Shown here in pieces: positions 50,598 through 62,528 of a DNA stretch of 64,000 nt. Every line of letters starts with the position of its first letter. The first letter of the stretch is position 1. The DNA comes from Sedimentisphaerales bacterium. GTDB lineage: Bacteria; Planctomycetota; Phycisphaerae; Sedimentisphaerales; Anaerobacaceae. The position numbers and the translations under genes are program-made. The notes beneath the pieces were generated by a model. It ran no database searches, was not told the DNA's origin, and was given only the letters and a program-made list of their open reading frames with translations. The stretch is taken from assembly GCA_963708075.1 (NCBI GenBank), contig OY970194.1:4192001-4256000 (forward strand). Direction: 5' to 3'.

Positions 50598-53500
50598 ATG
50601 ATTATGAATCTCCTACGGCAGAAAACCACCGGTACATTCCTGATGATGTGCCTGCTCGGGGCTGCGTACGTTGCAGCGAAAATCGCCAACATCCTGCAAC
50701 TGATCAGTTACCCCAGGGAGGATGCCGCCAAGTTGGCGATCGCAATCATGCTGTGTGTGATCGGATTCTCGCGAGGACGCGACTTCTTTCAATTCACGCA
50801 TACGATGTCTATCTTCGTGGTCGGGTCGCTCTTCGTGATCGCCTACCATATCATTCAACTGGCGAAAGAGATGATCGTGTTTCATGGAGTGCCCCTGGTG
50901 GCCAGGGACTCCGCAGCCGCCAGCGTTGTCGGCGAGACGCTGCTGATCGGAATCCTTTGCCTGTTTCTGGGTGGGATTCTCTTCTCGGTTTCCAGGATCA
51001 ACATCGCAAAAAGGCAGTTGGAGAAAGACATCGCGGAACGCAAGCGGGCCGAGCAAGCCCTGCGGGAGAGCGAGTCCAAGCTCAAGAGCATCTTCCGGGC
51101 GGCGCCCGTGGGCATCGGGCTCTTATCGAACCGGGTCCTGTTGGATGTGAACGACCGCATTTGCGAGATGGTCGGCTACTCCCGGGAGGAGTTGGTCGGG
51201 CGCAGTGCCCGGATGCTCTACGCGACACAAGAGGATTACGACTACGTCGGCCGGGAGAAATACGGACAGATCCGCGAGCGAGGCACAGGCACAGTGGAAA
51301 CCCGCTGGCAACGAAAAGACGGCGAAGGGATCGACGTCCTTCTAAATTCCACGCCGCTGGATCCCAAGGACTTGTCGAAGGGCATCACTTTCACCGCTCT
51401 GGACATTACCGAGCACAAGCACATGGAAGGGGCGTTGAGAGAGAACAAGGCGAAATTGGAGACGATTCTAAACTCTTCTCCGTGCGCCATCGTCGTCTCC
51501 GATCTGGAAGGGCGCGTGGTGGACGCCAATCCCGCGTGCATGGACATGTTCGGAGTCCTTTCCAGGGAGGAGGGAATCGGTCGAAGTACTCTCGACTTCG
51601 TCAGTCCCAGGGATCGGGACAAGGCACGTGACTACGTGGCCAAAACAGCACGGGGCGGTCTGGTGAGAGACGTCGAGTACGCGTTCCTCAGAGGCGACGG
51701 CAGTGAATTCATCGGCGAGGTTTCATCGAACGTTATCCGGGATGCCGCCGGCGCCCCTGCGGCTTCGTGACAGTCACCGCCAATACCACGGAAAGAAAGC
51801 GGTCTGAGAATCTGATGAAGATACAGCACGATCTGGCGGTCAGCCTCGGCGAGGCCGGTAGCCTGGAAGAGGGTTTGCGTCTGTGCCTTCAAGCAGCACT
51901 CAATGCATCGGGGCTGGATTGTGGCGGCATCTATCTTCACGACAGGGCATCCGCAGGTTTGTACATGTCGTGCCATACCGGCTTATCGGAGGAGTTCGTC
52001 GCACGAGTCTCGCGCTATGACCGGGAGGCGATTAACACGCAGATGGCCATGAGCGGAAGACCCATGTACGCGACTGTCGAGGAGCTGGACGCCTCCCTCG
52101 TGTGCGAAGCCTTGCAAGCCCTGGCCGTCATCCCCATCATTCACCGAGGCCAGGTCATCGGATGCCTGAACGTCGCCTCCCACACGTTGGCAGAGGTGCC
52201 CCAGTACGCTCGCAGCGTCCTGGAGACCATCGCCAGCCAGATCAGCGGCACGATCGCAAGGCTCGAAGCGGAGGAGGAAGTCCGACGCGAACGTGAGCTG
52301 CTGGACCGGATCGCGGGCACGAGCCAAGTGGGAATCACCGTCGTAGACCGCGATGGACGGATGAAGTTCGCAAATCCGCGGGCCGTTGAGATCCTCGGCC
52401 TCGCCAGAGACCAGATCCTGCAGCGAGCCTACGACGCCCCTGCCTGGCATATCACCGACTATGATGGCAAGCCTTTTCCTGAGGAACAGTTGCCTTTCCG
52501 ACAAGTGATGGCGACGCGCCGGCCGGTTCATAACATCCGCCACGCCATCGCACGCCCCGGCGGGCGCCGGGCCCTGCTTTCGGTCAACGCTGCTCCCATC
52601 CTCGATGATACGAACCGCATAGAAGGTGTGGTCCTCACCATCGACGATGTCACGGAGCAGGTCCGTATAGAGCAAGCCCTGCGGGAGAGCGAACGGCAGA
52701 TGCGTCTGGTGGTGGAGGCGTCGCCGTTGCCCATCCATGTAACCCGGCCGGCAACGGGAGAGATCCTCCTGGCCAACCGTGCGACCTGTGAACTGTTCGG
52801 CTATGACCGTCAGGAGATCCTGGGCAAGAGCACACCGGATTTCTATGCGAACGCCGCTCACGACAGACCGGTGGTCCTGGCCGAGTTGCAGGAACGCGGC
52901 CGCGTCGTCCAGCGTGAACTCTCCATGCGAAAGTCGGACGGCACGGCATTTCCCGCTCTCATGTCGCTTGAACCGGTGGAGTACGAGCGTCAACCGGCCA
53001 CGCTGGTCGTGATCTACGACCTGACCGAGCGTAAGCGCGCCGAGGAGGCCTTGCGCGAGAGCGAGGAACGGTATCGCCTGCTGCTGCAGAACGCCAACGA
53101 CGCTGTCTACGTCCACGAGGTGTCGCCGGAGGCGCCGGGCGGTTCCTGGAAGTCAACGAGCGCGCCTGCCAACTGCTGGGCTACACCCGCGAGGAACTCC
53201 TCCGCATGAACATCCCCGAGATTGATGTTCCCGAACAGCGGGCCTGCATTCCCGCCATCCTCCGGCAACTGTATGACATCGGCTCGGCACTATTCGAGAC
53301 GGAGCATCTAACGAAGGACGGCCGGCGGGTGCCCGTGGAGATCAGCACCCGCTTGTTCCACCTGCGAGGACAGCCTACGGTTCTCTCGTTCGTGCGCGAC
53401 ATCACTGAACGCCGACGTGTCGAGAAGGCGTTGTGGGAGAGCAAGCAGCGGATGGACCTGGCATTGCGGGGCGCCGATCTCGGCACATGGGACTGGAACG

Positions 53501-55290
53501 TGCAAACGGGCCACGTAGTCTTCAATGAGCGGTGGGCCCGGATGCTGGGATACACGCCGGACGAAATCCGGCCCCACGTGAGCGTGTGGAAGGAACTGAT
53601 CCATCCCGATGATCTGGCGAAAGTCATGGAGGTTCTGAACGCACACCTGCGTGGCGAGACGGATTCCTACACGACGGAACATCGTCTCAAGCATAAGTCG
53701 GGCGACTGGGTCTGGGTACTGGACAAGGGACGCGTCATCGAGCGTGAAGCCGATGGCAAGCCGCTTCGCGCGTGCGGCACGCATCTGGATATCACCGAGC
53801 GAAAGCACGCCGAGGAGGCCCTGCGGGAGTCTGAAGAACTGTTCTCGGCCGTCGTGGGACAGGCGAAGGACGGCATCGTTCTCATCCAGGACCAGCACTG
53901 CATCTTCGCAAACCAGGCGCTCGCCGACATGTTGGGATACAGGCGTGACGAGCTGCAGGGCAAGCCTTTCATCGACAAGATTGCTCCGGAAAGCAGGGAC
54001 CTCGTCGCAAGGCAAGTCGTGGCTCGCCTGAGGGGGCAGGATGCACCCTCGGTGTACGAAGCGAGGCTGCTGGGGCGAGACGGGCAGATCATCGATGCGG
54101 AGCTTGGGGCAACGGTCATCCGGCATCGGGGCATAGCCACCGATGTGGGAATCGTTCGTGACATTACCGATCGCAAGAAGGCCGAGCAGGCGCTCGCGCG
54201 ATCCGAAGAGAAGTTCTCCAGAGTCTTTCGGGCAAGTCCCGCGCAGATCGCTATTTCCCGACTGAGCGACGGTCGCATGATCGACGTCAACGAGTCGCTC
54301 GCACAAGCCTCCGGATACCACCGGGAGGAGATCCTCGGCCGCACGTCGTTCGAATTGGGATTCTGGGCGGATCCCGAAGATCGGGGGCATCTCACGCGGC
54401 GCATCGCCGCGGAAGGCGCGGTGCGCGATTACGAGTGCCGGTTTCGCACCAGGGATGGCCGGATTCTCAGCACCCGCTACTCCGCCGAGGTGGTCGAGAT
54501 CGGGGGCGAAGTCTGCCTTCTTTCTGCTTTCGTGGATGTCACCGCGCGTAAGCAGGTGGAGGAGAGGTTGCGGGCTCATGAGAGGCAGTTAAGCGTGCTG
54601 GCGTCCGAGCTGGCGCTCGCGGAGGAGCGAGAACGACGACGGATCGCGGGGGAATTGCACGATCATGCCTGCCAGAGTCTCGTCTTGGCGCGCATGAGAC
54701 TCGATGCGCTGCTTGCCACCATGCCTGCCGCACAAGCCGAGGCCTTTCAGGGGATCAACAGCAGCCTGAACAAAACGATCGAAAGCGTGCGGGAGCTGAC
54801 ATTCGACCTGAGCTCACCCACCTTGTACAAGTTCGGCCTTGAGGCGGCCCTGGAGGAGTTGCTGGATGATAAGTTCCGCCTCCAGAAAGACGTGGAACAT
54901 GTCTTCTCGAATGACCATCTGCCAAAACCTCTGACGGACGACGTGAAAGTGCTGCTGTTCCAGTCTGTCCGGGAAATCCTGATCAACATCATCAAGCATG
55001 CTCGGGCCCATAGAATAAGCCTTGACATAAGACGCACGGATGGTTCTATTACGATTGCCGTGACCGACGACGGCGTGGGTTTCGATCTCGAGGAGGTGTT
55101 CTCATTGCCTGCCCGGCATCGCGGTTTTGGCCTGTTCAACATAAAAGAACGCCTGGATTATATTGGTGGCATCCTTAAGACAAGCTCGCAGCGTGGAGAA
55201 GGAAGTCGATTCGTGTTGGTAGCTCCTTTGAAAATGGAAGGTCTCGATTCCAGGAGGAACCACGATGTCGGCCAGAGTTCTGCTCGTTGA
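50598..55290 (+). CDS. Membrane multi-PAS/GAF histidine kinase (HisKA_3 type); apparent frameshifts near 51760 and 53140
   Basis: Four TMs, about 8 PAS and 1 GAF domains across three ORFs, 'EERERRRIAGELHD', 'NIIKHA', 'DDGVGF', 'GFGL'. Confidence 0.85.
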
Positions 55291-55912
55291 TGATCATCAG
55301 GTGTTGCGCGAAGGATTGCGTGCGCTCTTGGAGAAACAGGAGGATATGGAGGTGGTGGGTGAGGCCGGCGACGGTCACACAGCCCTGCAACTCGTTCGGG
55401 ATCTTCAGCCGGATGTCGTTATCATGGACGTGAACATGCCGGACTTGGACGGGATTGATGCTACACGTCTGATCGCCCACGAGTGCCCGAAGACGAAAGT
55501 ACTTGCCCTGTCCATGTATCTGCGAAAGACATTTGTCTCGGAAATGTTCAAGAGTGGAGCCTCCGGCTACATCCTCAAAGAAGACACCTTTTCTGAAATT
55601 GCGAAGGCGATCCGGATGGTGATAGCCGGAGAACGATACGTTTGTTCCAAGGTCGCCAATCTGCTTGTGGATGAGTATCTCGATCGCGGAAGCCCGGCCT
55701 CGGCAGGCAGCTCGTTGACCGAACGCGAGACAGCGGTCATCCGCCTGTTGGCGAACGGCAAGACATCGAAAGAAATCGCTGCCGCCATGAACGCCAGTGC
55801 CAAGACCATTGATGCCTGTCGCCGGCAGATCATGCGGAAGTTGGAGTTCAGAAGCGTTGCCGAGCTGGTGAAGTATGCGATCCGGGAAGGATTGACGAGG
55901 CTTGATTCCTGA
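55265..55912 (+). CDS. NarL/LuxR-family response regulator
   Basis: 'VDDH', 'IMDVNMP', 'YILK', HTH 'LTERE..VIRLLANG..SKEIA'. Confidence 0.93.
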   Translation: MSARVLLVDDHQVLREGLRALLEKQEDMEVVGEAGDGHTALQLVRDLQPDVVIMDVNMPDLDGIDATRLIAHECPKTKVLALSMYLRKTFVSEMFKSGASGYILKEDTFSEIAKAIRMVIAGERYVCSKVANLLVDEYLDRGSPASAGSSLTERETAVIRLLANGKTSKEIAAAMNASAKTIDACRRQIMRKLEFRSVAELVKYAIREGLTRLDS

Positions 55913-56125
55913 GCCGTCTTCGGCACACCAGAACTGCCGGGCTGACATCGGAGGTTCTTTCCTTCCATTCCCCTGGGATTCCGCGCGAGCATTTGGCTAT
56001 TCCAAGTAGCCAAATACCCCGTGTCTGTCAGGTTTTTCCCGTTCATTGTCTTTTACACCCATCGATAATGAACATTGTCAAAGGTTCTTGGCAGAATTAT
56101 GGCGCCCCTTCATATCATGGGACAA

Positions 56126-56827
56126 ATGGATAGGCAGACTGCAGTGGTTACCGACGAGAGGAGCCGCATCCTTTTCGTCAGTGATGCATACCTGGTGAGA
56201 GACGCCCTGCTGGCGATGTTCAGTGGGTGCGCCGACATGGACATCATTGGCGCAAGCGATGACCCGGCCAATGTGCCGGATTCACCCGGCAGATCGCAGC
56301 CCGATGTGATCGTGATCAACATCACGGGTACCCGTACTGCCAACGTGGCAGCCGTCAGACAGTCCCTCGACCGATGGCCCCAGGTAAGAGTCATCATCTT
56401 GTCGGCCTTTTCGAATAAGACATTTCTGGCGGAAGTCCTTCGCGCCGGCGCCCACGGATACGTCACCATGCAATGTGCTTTTCAGGAGTTGCTCGAAGCC
56501 GTTCGGACAGTCGCCTCGGGCTCCACGTATCTTTGTTCTGCGATCAGGCAAACGATTCTCGATGGGTATGCCGGAGTAAAGACTGACAATATCGGCCCTG
56601 ATGCCGGGTCGATGACAGATCGCGAAGGCACGATCCTTCAGCTCTTCGGGGAGGGCCGGTCCTCCAAAGAGATCGCGGCAAGGCTGAATCTCAGCTCGAA
56701 GACGATAGATGCCTGCCGTCGGCAGCTCATGCAGAAGCTCGACGTGGATAGCACGGCCGGTCTGGTCAAGTGCGCCATTGCATTGGGCCTGACGACGGTC
56801 GATCCGTGGTCCGTACCCTCCAGGTGA
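56126..56827 (+). CDS. NarL/LuxR-family regulator with degenerate receiver domain
   Basis: Intact LuxR HTH. The receiver has VIVIN in place of the phospho-Asp and lacks the conserved Lys. Start uncertain. Confidence 0.8.
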   Translation: MDRQTAVVTDERSRILFVSDAYLVRDALLAMFSGCADMDIIGASDDPANVPDSPGRSQPDVIVINITGTRTANVAAVRQSLDRWPQVRVIILSAFSNKTFLAEVLRAGAHGYVTMQCAFQELLEAVRTVASGSTYLCSAIRQTILDGYAGVKTDNIGPDAGSMTDREGTILQLFGEGRSSKEIAARLNLSSKTIDACRRQLMQKLDVDSTAGLVKCAIALGLTTVDPWSVPSR

Positions 56828-57098
56828 CAGCCGTTCCTCCGCACCATCATCCTTCCTTGTTCTTATCTCCTTCATGCCGTGCAGATATTCCTTGTCCCTG
56901 CCATGCTCGTCGGGCCTTTGCACGATGGCGTGGCGTCTTTGGATCGTTCGAAATAGCCAAAGGCTCGTAATGTCCGTCTCCCTCGAAGTCGATGGGTTCG
57001 CCGTGCCTGTGCCCGAGGCACAAGGGCGGCTGCCCTCGTATTCCTGGGCCCTGGTTGGCAACAGATCGTAAAGTGGGTCATTTTTGGGAGAATCTATC

Positions 57099-57665
57099 AT
57101 GGCTGAAGTCGCAGTACAAATGAAGGGCTCCCGTATTGGAGACGCCCTCACCAAAGAAGGCAAGTACCTGACCTTCGCGTTGGCCCACGAGGAGTACGGC
57201 CTGGAGATCCTGAAGGTCCGGGAAATCATCGGCTACATCGATGTCACGGCCGTCCCGCAGACACCCGGCTACGTCAAGGGCGTGATCAACCTCAGAGGAC
57301 AGGTCATCCCGGTAATCGACCTGCGTGCCAAGTTCGGCATAGAGACCGCCCAAGTCACCGATGAAACCTGCATCATCGTCGTGGAAATCACCGAGGCTAA
57401 CCGCAAGTTCAACACCGGCATCATCGTGGATTGTGTCCAGGAAGTGCTGGACATTGCCGGGGAAGAGATTGAGGAAGCACCGCAGTTCGGCCCATCCGTC
57501 AACACCGATTTCATTCTCGGCATGGGCAAGGTTGGTCAATCCGTCAAGATTCTGCTGGACATCAACAAAGTGCTCTCCTGTGACGCACTACAGAGTCTCG
57601 CGCACGAGTGTGAGACGGTGGCCGGCTCAGATTCCAAGGAAAAGGACTTGCACGAAAGGGATTAA
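57099..57665 (+). CDS. cheW: Chemotaxis coupling protein CheW
   Basis: 'KYLTF.L..EEYG..ILKVREII', 'GVINLRG.VIPVIDLR'. Confidence 0.95.
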   Translation: MAEVAVQMKGSRIGDALTKEGKYLTFALAHEEYGLEILKVREIIGYIDVTAVPQTPGYVKGVINLRGQVIPVIDLRAKFGIETAQVTDETCIIVVEITEANRKFNTGIIVDCVQEVLDIAGEEIEEAPQFGPSVNTDFILGMGKVGQSVKILLDINKVLSCDALQSLAHECETVAGSDSKEKDLHERD

Positions 57666-57667
57666 CT

Positions 57668-59177
57668 ATGAAACGAGTCAGCATCCTGCTATCTGTCGTG
57701 ACTCTGCTGGTACTGGGCGGCGCAACTCCCGCTGCCGAGGATTCTCAGTACCTGCAGCAAGAGAACACGCAACTGCGGCGCCGCCTCGAGCGACTGGAGA
57801 ATGCCATTGAGGCCCTCCAGAAGGCGACCGTCGCGCAAAGCCAGTCGGCCGGTTCATCCAAGGCGGCTCCTGCGCCTTCTTCCAGCCAGGCTGTGCCAAA
57901 CAAGGATGTGGAGAGCCTCAGGCAGGAGAACGTGCAGTTGAGACAACGGCTGGAGAAACTGGAGAGCGCCCTGGCCGCATCCAGCAAAAAGGCCACTCCG
58001 CCACCGGCTGCTCCGGTGGACGCCAAGAACCAGCCTGCTCCCGCCAAGCCGCAGCCTGTTCCCGGTCCCGCCGGCCCGCCGGAGAAGAAGAACGTCCTGT
58101 CCAGCCTGGATATCGAAATCTACGGGATCATCAAGGCGGATGCCTCCTATGATTCGTCCCGCACGAATCCGGGCAACTACGTCGTGTACGTCGATTCAGA
58201 AGAGACGCGTCACAACGACGATGAGTTCAACTTGACGGCGAATCAGACACGCCTTGGGATGCGCATCAGCGGCCCGGCAACGGAGACGTTCAAGACCTCC
58301 GGGCTCATCGAGTTCGACTTCTACGGCAACTACGCGTCCGAGAATAAAGCCAAGATCCAGATGCGCCATGCCTATATGGTCCTGGATTGGCCGGTCTCTC
58401 AATTCAGCATTCTGGCGGGCCAGACGTCTGACATTATCTCCCCGCTGGTGCCGAACACACTGAACTACACCGTGCTGTGGGACGCCGGCAATGTTGGCTA
58501 TCGCCGGCCCCAGATTCGTTTCACAAAGGGCATCCCGCTCGGCGAGAAGGCGAGCCTGAAGCTTGAGGGCGGTTTCGCCCGGACCATCGGGCGGACCGAT
58601 CTGACCGGCTCCGAGACCGGCGAGGACGCAGGGTTCCCCACCGGCCAGGCCAGAGTGAGCATGACCTTCCCATTCTTCGGCCCCAAGCCGACGACCATAG
58701 GGGTTTCCGGCCACTGGGGACGAGAGGAATATGACCTCGACAACACCGGAAGGAACCTGGATTTCGAGAACCCAGTCCATCAACCTGGACGTGACACAAC
58801 CTGTGTTCCCCTGGCTCACGGTTCTGGGCGAGCTGTTCTCCGGGCAGGATCTCGACCAGTACTTCGGCGGCATCGGCCAAGGCGTCAATACGACCGCTCT
58901 TAAAGAGATCAGCGCTGACGGCGGCTGGGTCGCCCTCAGCCTCGGACCATGGTCCAAGTGGAGCTTCAACGTGGGCGCCGGCCTCGATGAGGTGGAACGC
59001 GACGACGTCGCCAACGGAGCCCGGACGAGAAACTCCTCCATCTTCGCCAACGTGCTCTATGCACTCAACAAGAACGCCCAGATCGGCCTTGAGCTGTCTC
59101 GCTGGGACACGTACTACCGGGGTCCGGGCGACGCCGACGACACACGTGCTCAGGCCTCATTCATCTACAAATTCTAG
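57668..59177 (+). CDS. DcaP-like outer-membrane porin with N-terminal coiled coil; apparent frameshift near 58770
   Basis: Signal peptide, coiled coil, 'YGIIKADA.YD', 'QTRLG', 'IEFDFYG', 'MRHAY', 'LAGQT', C-terminal Phe (ASFIYKF). Confidence 0.75.
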
Positions 59178-59239
59178 GGATCCAACGTTGAGGGACCGCC
59201 GTTTCTTTCGTCAACGATCTTGAGTGAAGGGATCAAACC

Positions 59240-61451
59240 ATGCTGAGAAATGTCAAACTTCAAACCAAGCTGCTGGCCTATGGGATTCTCCTGACCATCC
59301 TCCCGTTGGCTGTCATCTCCTTCGTCGTGCTCAGGCAGAACGGCAAAATGGTGAAAGTTGCCGATGAGGAGAGCACAAACCTCGCGTATGCAGACCTCGA
59401 CCATATCGCACAGAATATCTATGGCATGTGCAAGTCCCAGGAGGACCTGCTCCAGCAAAGTATCGATCACTCCCTGAACGTGGCACGCCACGTTCTTCAG
59501 CGAACCGGCGAAGTCCGCCTGGCGGAAGAGACCGTCACGTGGGACGCCGCGGATCAGTCCACGAATGTCTCGTCCAAGGTGGAACTACCCAAGATGATGG
59601 TCGGGGACGCCTGGTTGGACAAGATCGCCGACATGAGCAAAGCGGCCCCGGTCGTGGATAAGGTCCAGGACCTCATCGCCGCGACATGCACGATCTTCCA
59701 AAGGATGAATGAATCGGGCGACATGCTGAGAGTGTGCACGAACGTCCAGAAGAAGGATGGCACGCGGGCGATCGGGACGTACATCCCGCGCACCAATCCC
59801 GACGGCACGCCAAACCCGGTGGTCGCTGCCGTTCTGCGCGGCGAGACGTACCAGGGTCGTGCCTCAGTCGTGGGCCGTTGGTACATCGCGGCCTATGAGC
59901 CGATTCTCGACCAGAACAATAAGGTCATCGGCATGTTGTACGTCGGCGTGCCGCAGGAGAGTGTCACCACCCTGCGGGACTCGATCATGGCCGCCAAGGT
60001 CGGCAAGACCGGATACGTCTACGTCCTCGACTCCAAGGGCAACTACGTCATCTCCGCGGGCGGCAAACGCGACGGCGAATGCATCTGGGAGGCCAAGGAT
60101 GCCGGCGGCGCCCTGTTCATCCAGGAGATCGTCAAGAAGGGCTTGGCCCTCAAGCCGGCGGAGATCGCGGAGCAGCGATATCCGTGGAAGAACGAGGGGG
60201 ATGCCGTGGCCCGGGACAAAGTCGTGCGCATCGCATACTTCCAACCGTGGGACTGGGTCATCGGCGTCGGATCCTACGTGGATGAGTTCTACCAGGCCAA
60301 AGACCGCGTGACCACCATCGGCAGAAGCAGCAATATCACGCTGGGCATCGTTCTGCTCGTCGCCTTCGTCGTGGCATCAGCCACCTGGTATCTCGTCGCC
60401 CGGGGTATCGCAGGCAAGGTTCATCGGGTTGTCGCCCTGCTCTCCGAGGGCGCCGAACAGGTTTCGTCTGCGGCCGGACAGGTTCTCGTCGGCCTCGCAA
60501 TCGCTGGCTGAAGGCGCCACGGAGCAAGCAGCCGGCCTCGAAGAAACGTCCAGCAGCCTGGAAGAAATGGCGTCTATGACAAAGCAGAACGCCGATAACG
60601 CCCAACAGGCGAATGGGCTTTCCTCCGAGGCACGCAAGTCCGCAGGCATGGGCACGGAAGCGGTGTCGCGCATGAACACCGCCATCCAGCAAATCCAGAA
60701 GAGCTCGGACGAGACCGCCAAGATCATCAAAGTGATCGATGAGATTGCATTCCAGACGAACCTGCTGGCGCTCAACGCGGCAGTGGAAGCCGCACGTGCG
60801 GGCGAGGCAGGCAAGGGCTTTGCGGTCGTGGCCGAAGAGGTCCGCAACCTGGCCATGCGTTCGGCGGAGGCGGCCAAGAACACCGCCAACATGATCCAGG
60901 AATCGGTGAAGAACGCCAAGAATGGCGTGGACATCGCCAGCGAGGTCACCAAAGTGCTGGACGAGATCGTCCTGAACGTCGGCAAGACGACCGATCTGGT
61001 CAGTGAGATTGCCGCCGCTTCCCAGGAACAGGCGCAAGGCATTGACCAGGTCAATACGGCGGTCACCCAGATGGACAAGGTCACTCAACAGAACGCCGCC
61101 AATGCCGAGGAAAGCGCCAGCGCCTCGGAGGAGTTGACCGCACAGGCGGAGTCGATGAACGAGATCGTCGGCCAGCTTGTCACCCTGGTCGGCGGCAGTT
61201 CCTCGAAGTCAGGCCGCGCCCAGACGGAAACGACACGTCAGAGTCCCAAGGTCGCCGACCATCCGCGAGCAGCACATCCGGTGGAGAAGACCTCGGGCAA
61301 AGAGCACGGGCTCGGCAAGTCCGACGAAACGTGGCATCAGATCAGCCGCCCTGACGGCAAGGGCAAGCAGAAAGCAGCCGGCAAACCTTCGGCACGCAAG
61401 GCGATCCCCCTGGATCCTCATGAAGATGACATGAAGGAGTTCAATGGATAA
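59240..61451 (+). CDS. Methyl-accepting chemotaxis protein with Cache domains; apparent frameshift near 60483
   Basis: Two TMs around Cache_3/Cache_2-like 'RAIGTYIP', 'GKTGYVYV'; signalling domain '[30 protein letters not shown]'. Confidence 0.93.
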
Positions 61452-61548
61452 GTGCATCCCACCGATGGGATAGCGAATTCGATCTGGCTCGGGCGGACCG
61501 GAGGCCCGTCCGAGCCGTTCTCTTGCAGATAGGAGTGAGCGACCGATC

Positions 61549-61923
61549 ATGGGAAAGTCACTGATGATAGTGGATGATTCGGCCACAATGCGAAAGATCA
61601 TCATGCGGACGGTGCGCATGTCGGGCCTGGAATTCGAGCGAACGGACGAGGCCGGCAGCGGCGTCGAGGCCCTGGACAAGCTCAAGAGCGGTTCGGTGGA
61701 TGTCATACTATGTGACATCAACATGCCTGAGATGAACGGCACGGAGTTGGTCAAGAAGGCCCGGGAGCTGGCCGCCTGTGCCCGCACGAAGATCGTCATG
61801 GTCTCGACGGAAAGCGCCCAGGACCTGATCGACCGGCTGATGACCGACGGCGCCGACGGGTATATCACCAAGCCGTTTACACCGGAGCAGTTCAAGGAGA
61901 AGCTGACCCCCTTGTTGAACTGA
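61549..61923 (+). CDS. cheY: CheY-like response regulator
   Basis: 'IVDDS', 'CDINMP', 'YITKPF'; located in the chemotaxis operon. Confidence 0.85.
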   Translation: MGKSLMIVDDSATMRKIIMRTVRMSGLEFERTDEAGSGVEALDKLKSGSVDVILCDINMPEMNGTELVKKARELAACARTKIVMVSTESAQDLIDRLMTDGADGYITKPFTPEQFKEKLTPLLN

Positions 61924-61992
61924 ACACCGGAAATGTCTCTACGGGAGGGTCTGAGAACCCGCCCCAACGGTATGCTTGATAGGGAGTAGAAA

Positions 61993-62505
61993 ATGGTAAC
62001 AACCGCATCCCTCAAGGACGTCGTGCTGGACAGTGCCAGGGAAGTATTTGAAACCATGGTCTTCATGGCGTTGGCCGAATCCAGTGGGAACGCTCCGCCC
62101 ATCGAGGAGATGGCGCTGCTGGGATCGATCACCTTCAAGGGGAGCCTCGAGGGCTGTCTCACGATCTGCTGTGATCTGACTTGTGCCCGGACCATCGCGG
62201 CCAACATGCTCGGCATGGACGCCGGCGAGGAACTTGGCGAGCCGGATATCTGCGACGCGATCGGCGAACTGGCCAACATGGTGATGGGCACGGTCAAATC
62301 GAAGATCCAAAATGATGTTGGGACCATCGAAGTCTCCATCCCGTCTGTGGTCCGCGGCCGCGAACTGAAGAATCGCATGGGCGAGGGAGCCGGTTCGGTC
62401 AAGGTCGTGGCGGATATCGAGGGGCAGTACTCGGCCGAGTTCTCGCTTCTGTATCGCAACCGCTCACCCGAACGACAGAACCAGGACAGGCGAGCAGACC
62501 AATAG
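61993..62505 (+). CDS. cheX: CheX phosphatase
   Basis: 'DAIGELANMVMG' ExxN motif, 'SIPSVV.G'. Confidence 0.85.
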   Translation: MVTTASLKDVVLDSAREVFETMVFMALAESSGNAPPIEEMALLGSITFKGSLEGCLTICCDLTCARTIAANMLGMDAGEELGEPDICDAIGELANMVMGTVKSKIQNDVGTIEVSIPSVVRGRELKNRMGEGAGSVKVVADIEGQYSAEFSLLYRNRSPERQNQDRRADQ

Positions 62506-62528
62506 AATTAGGATGCGCCGGATAGAGC

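Noticed and set aside
56830..57098. c-di-GMP riboswitch upstream of cheW
   Set aside because: Hairpins are present but I could not match the conserved GEMM motifs; an Rfam search would be needed.
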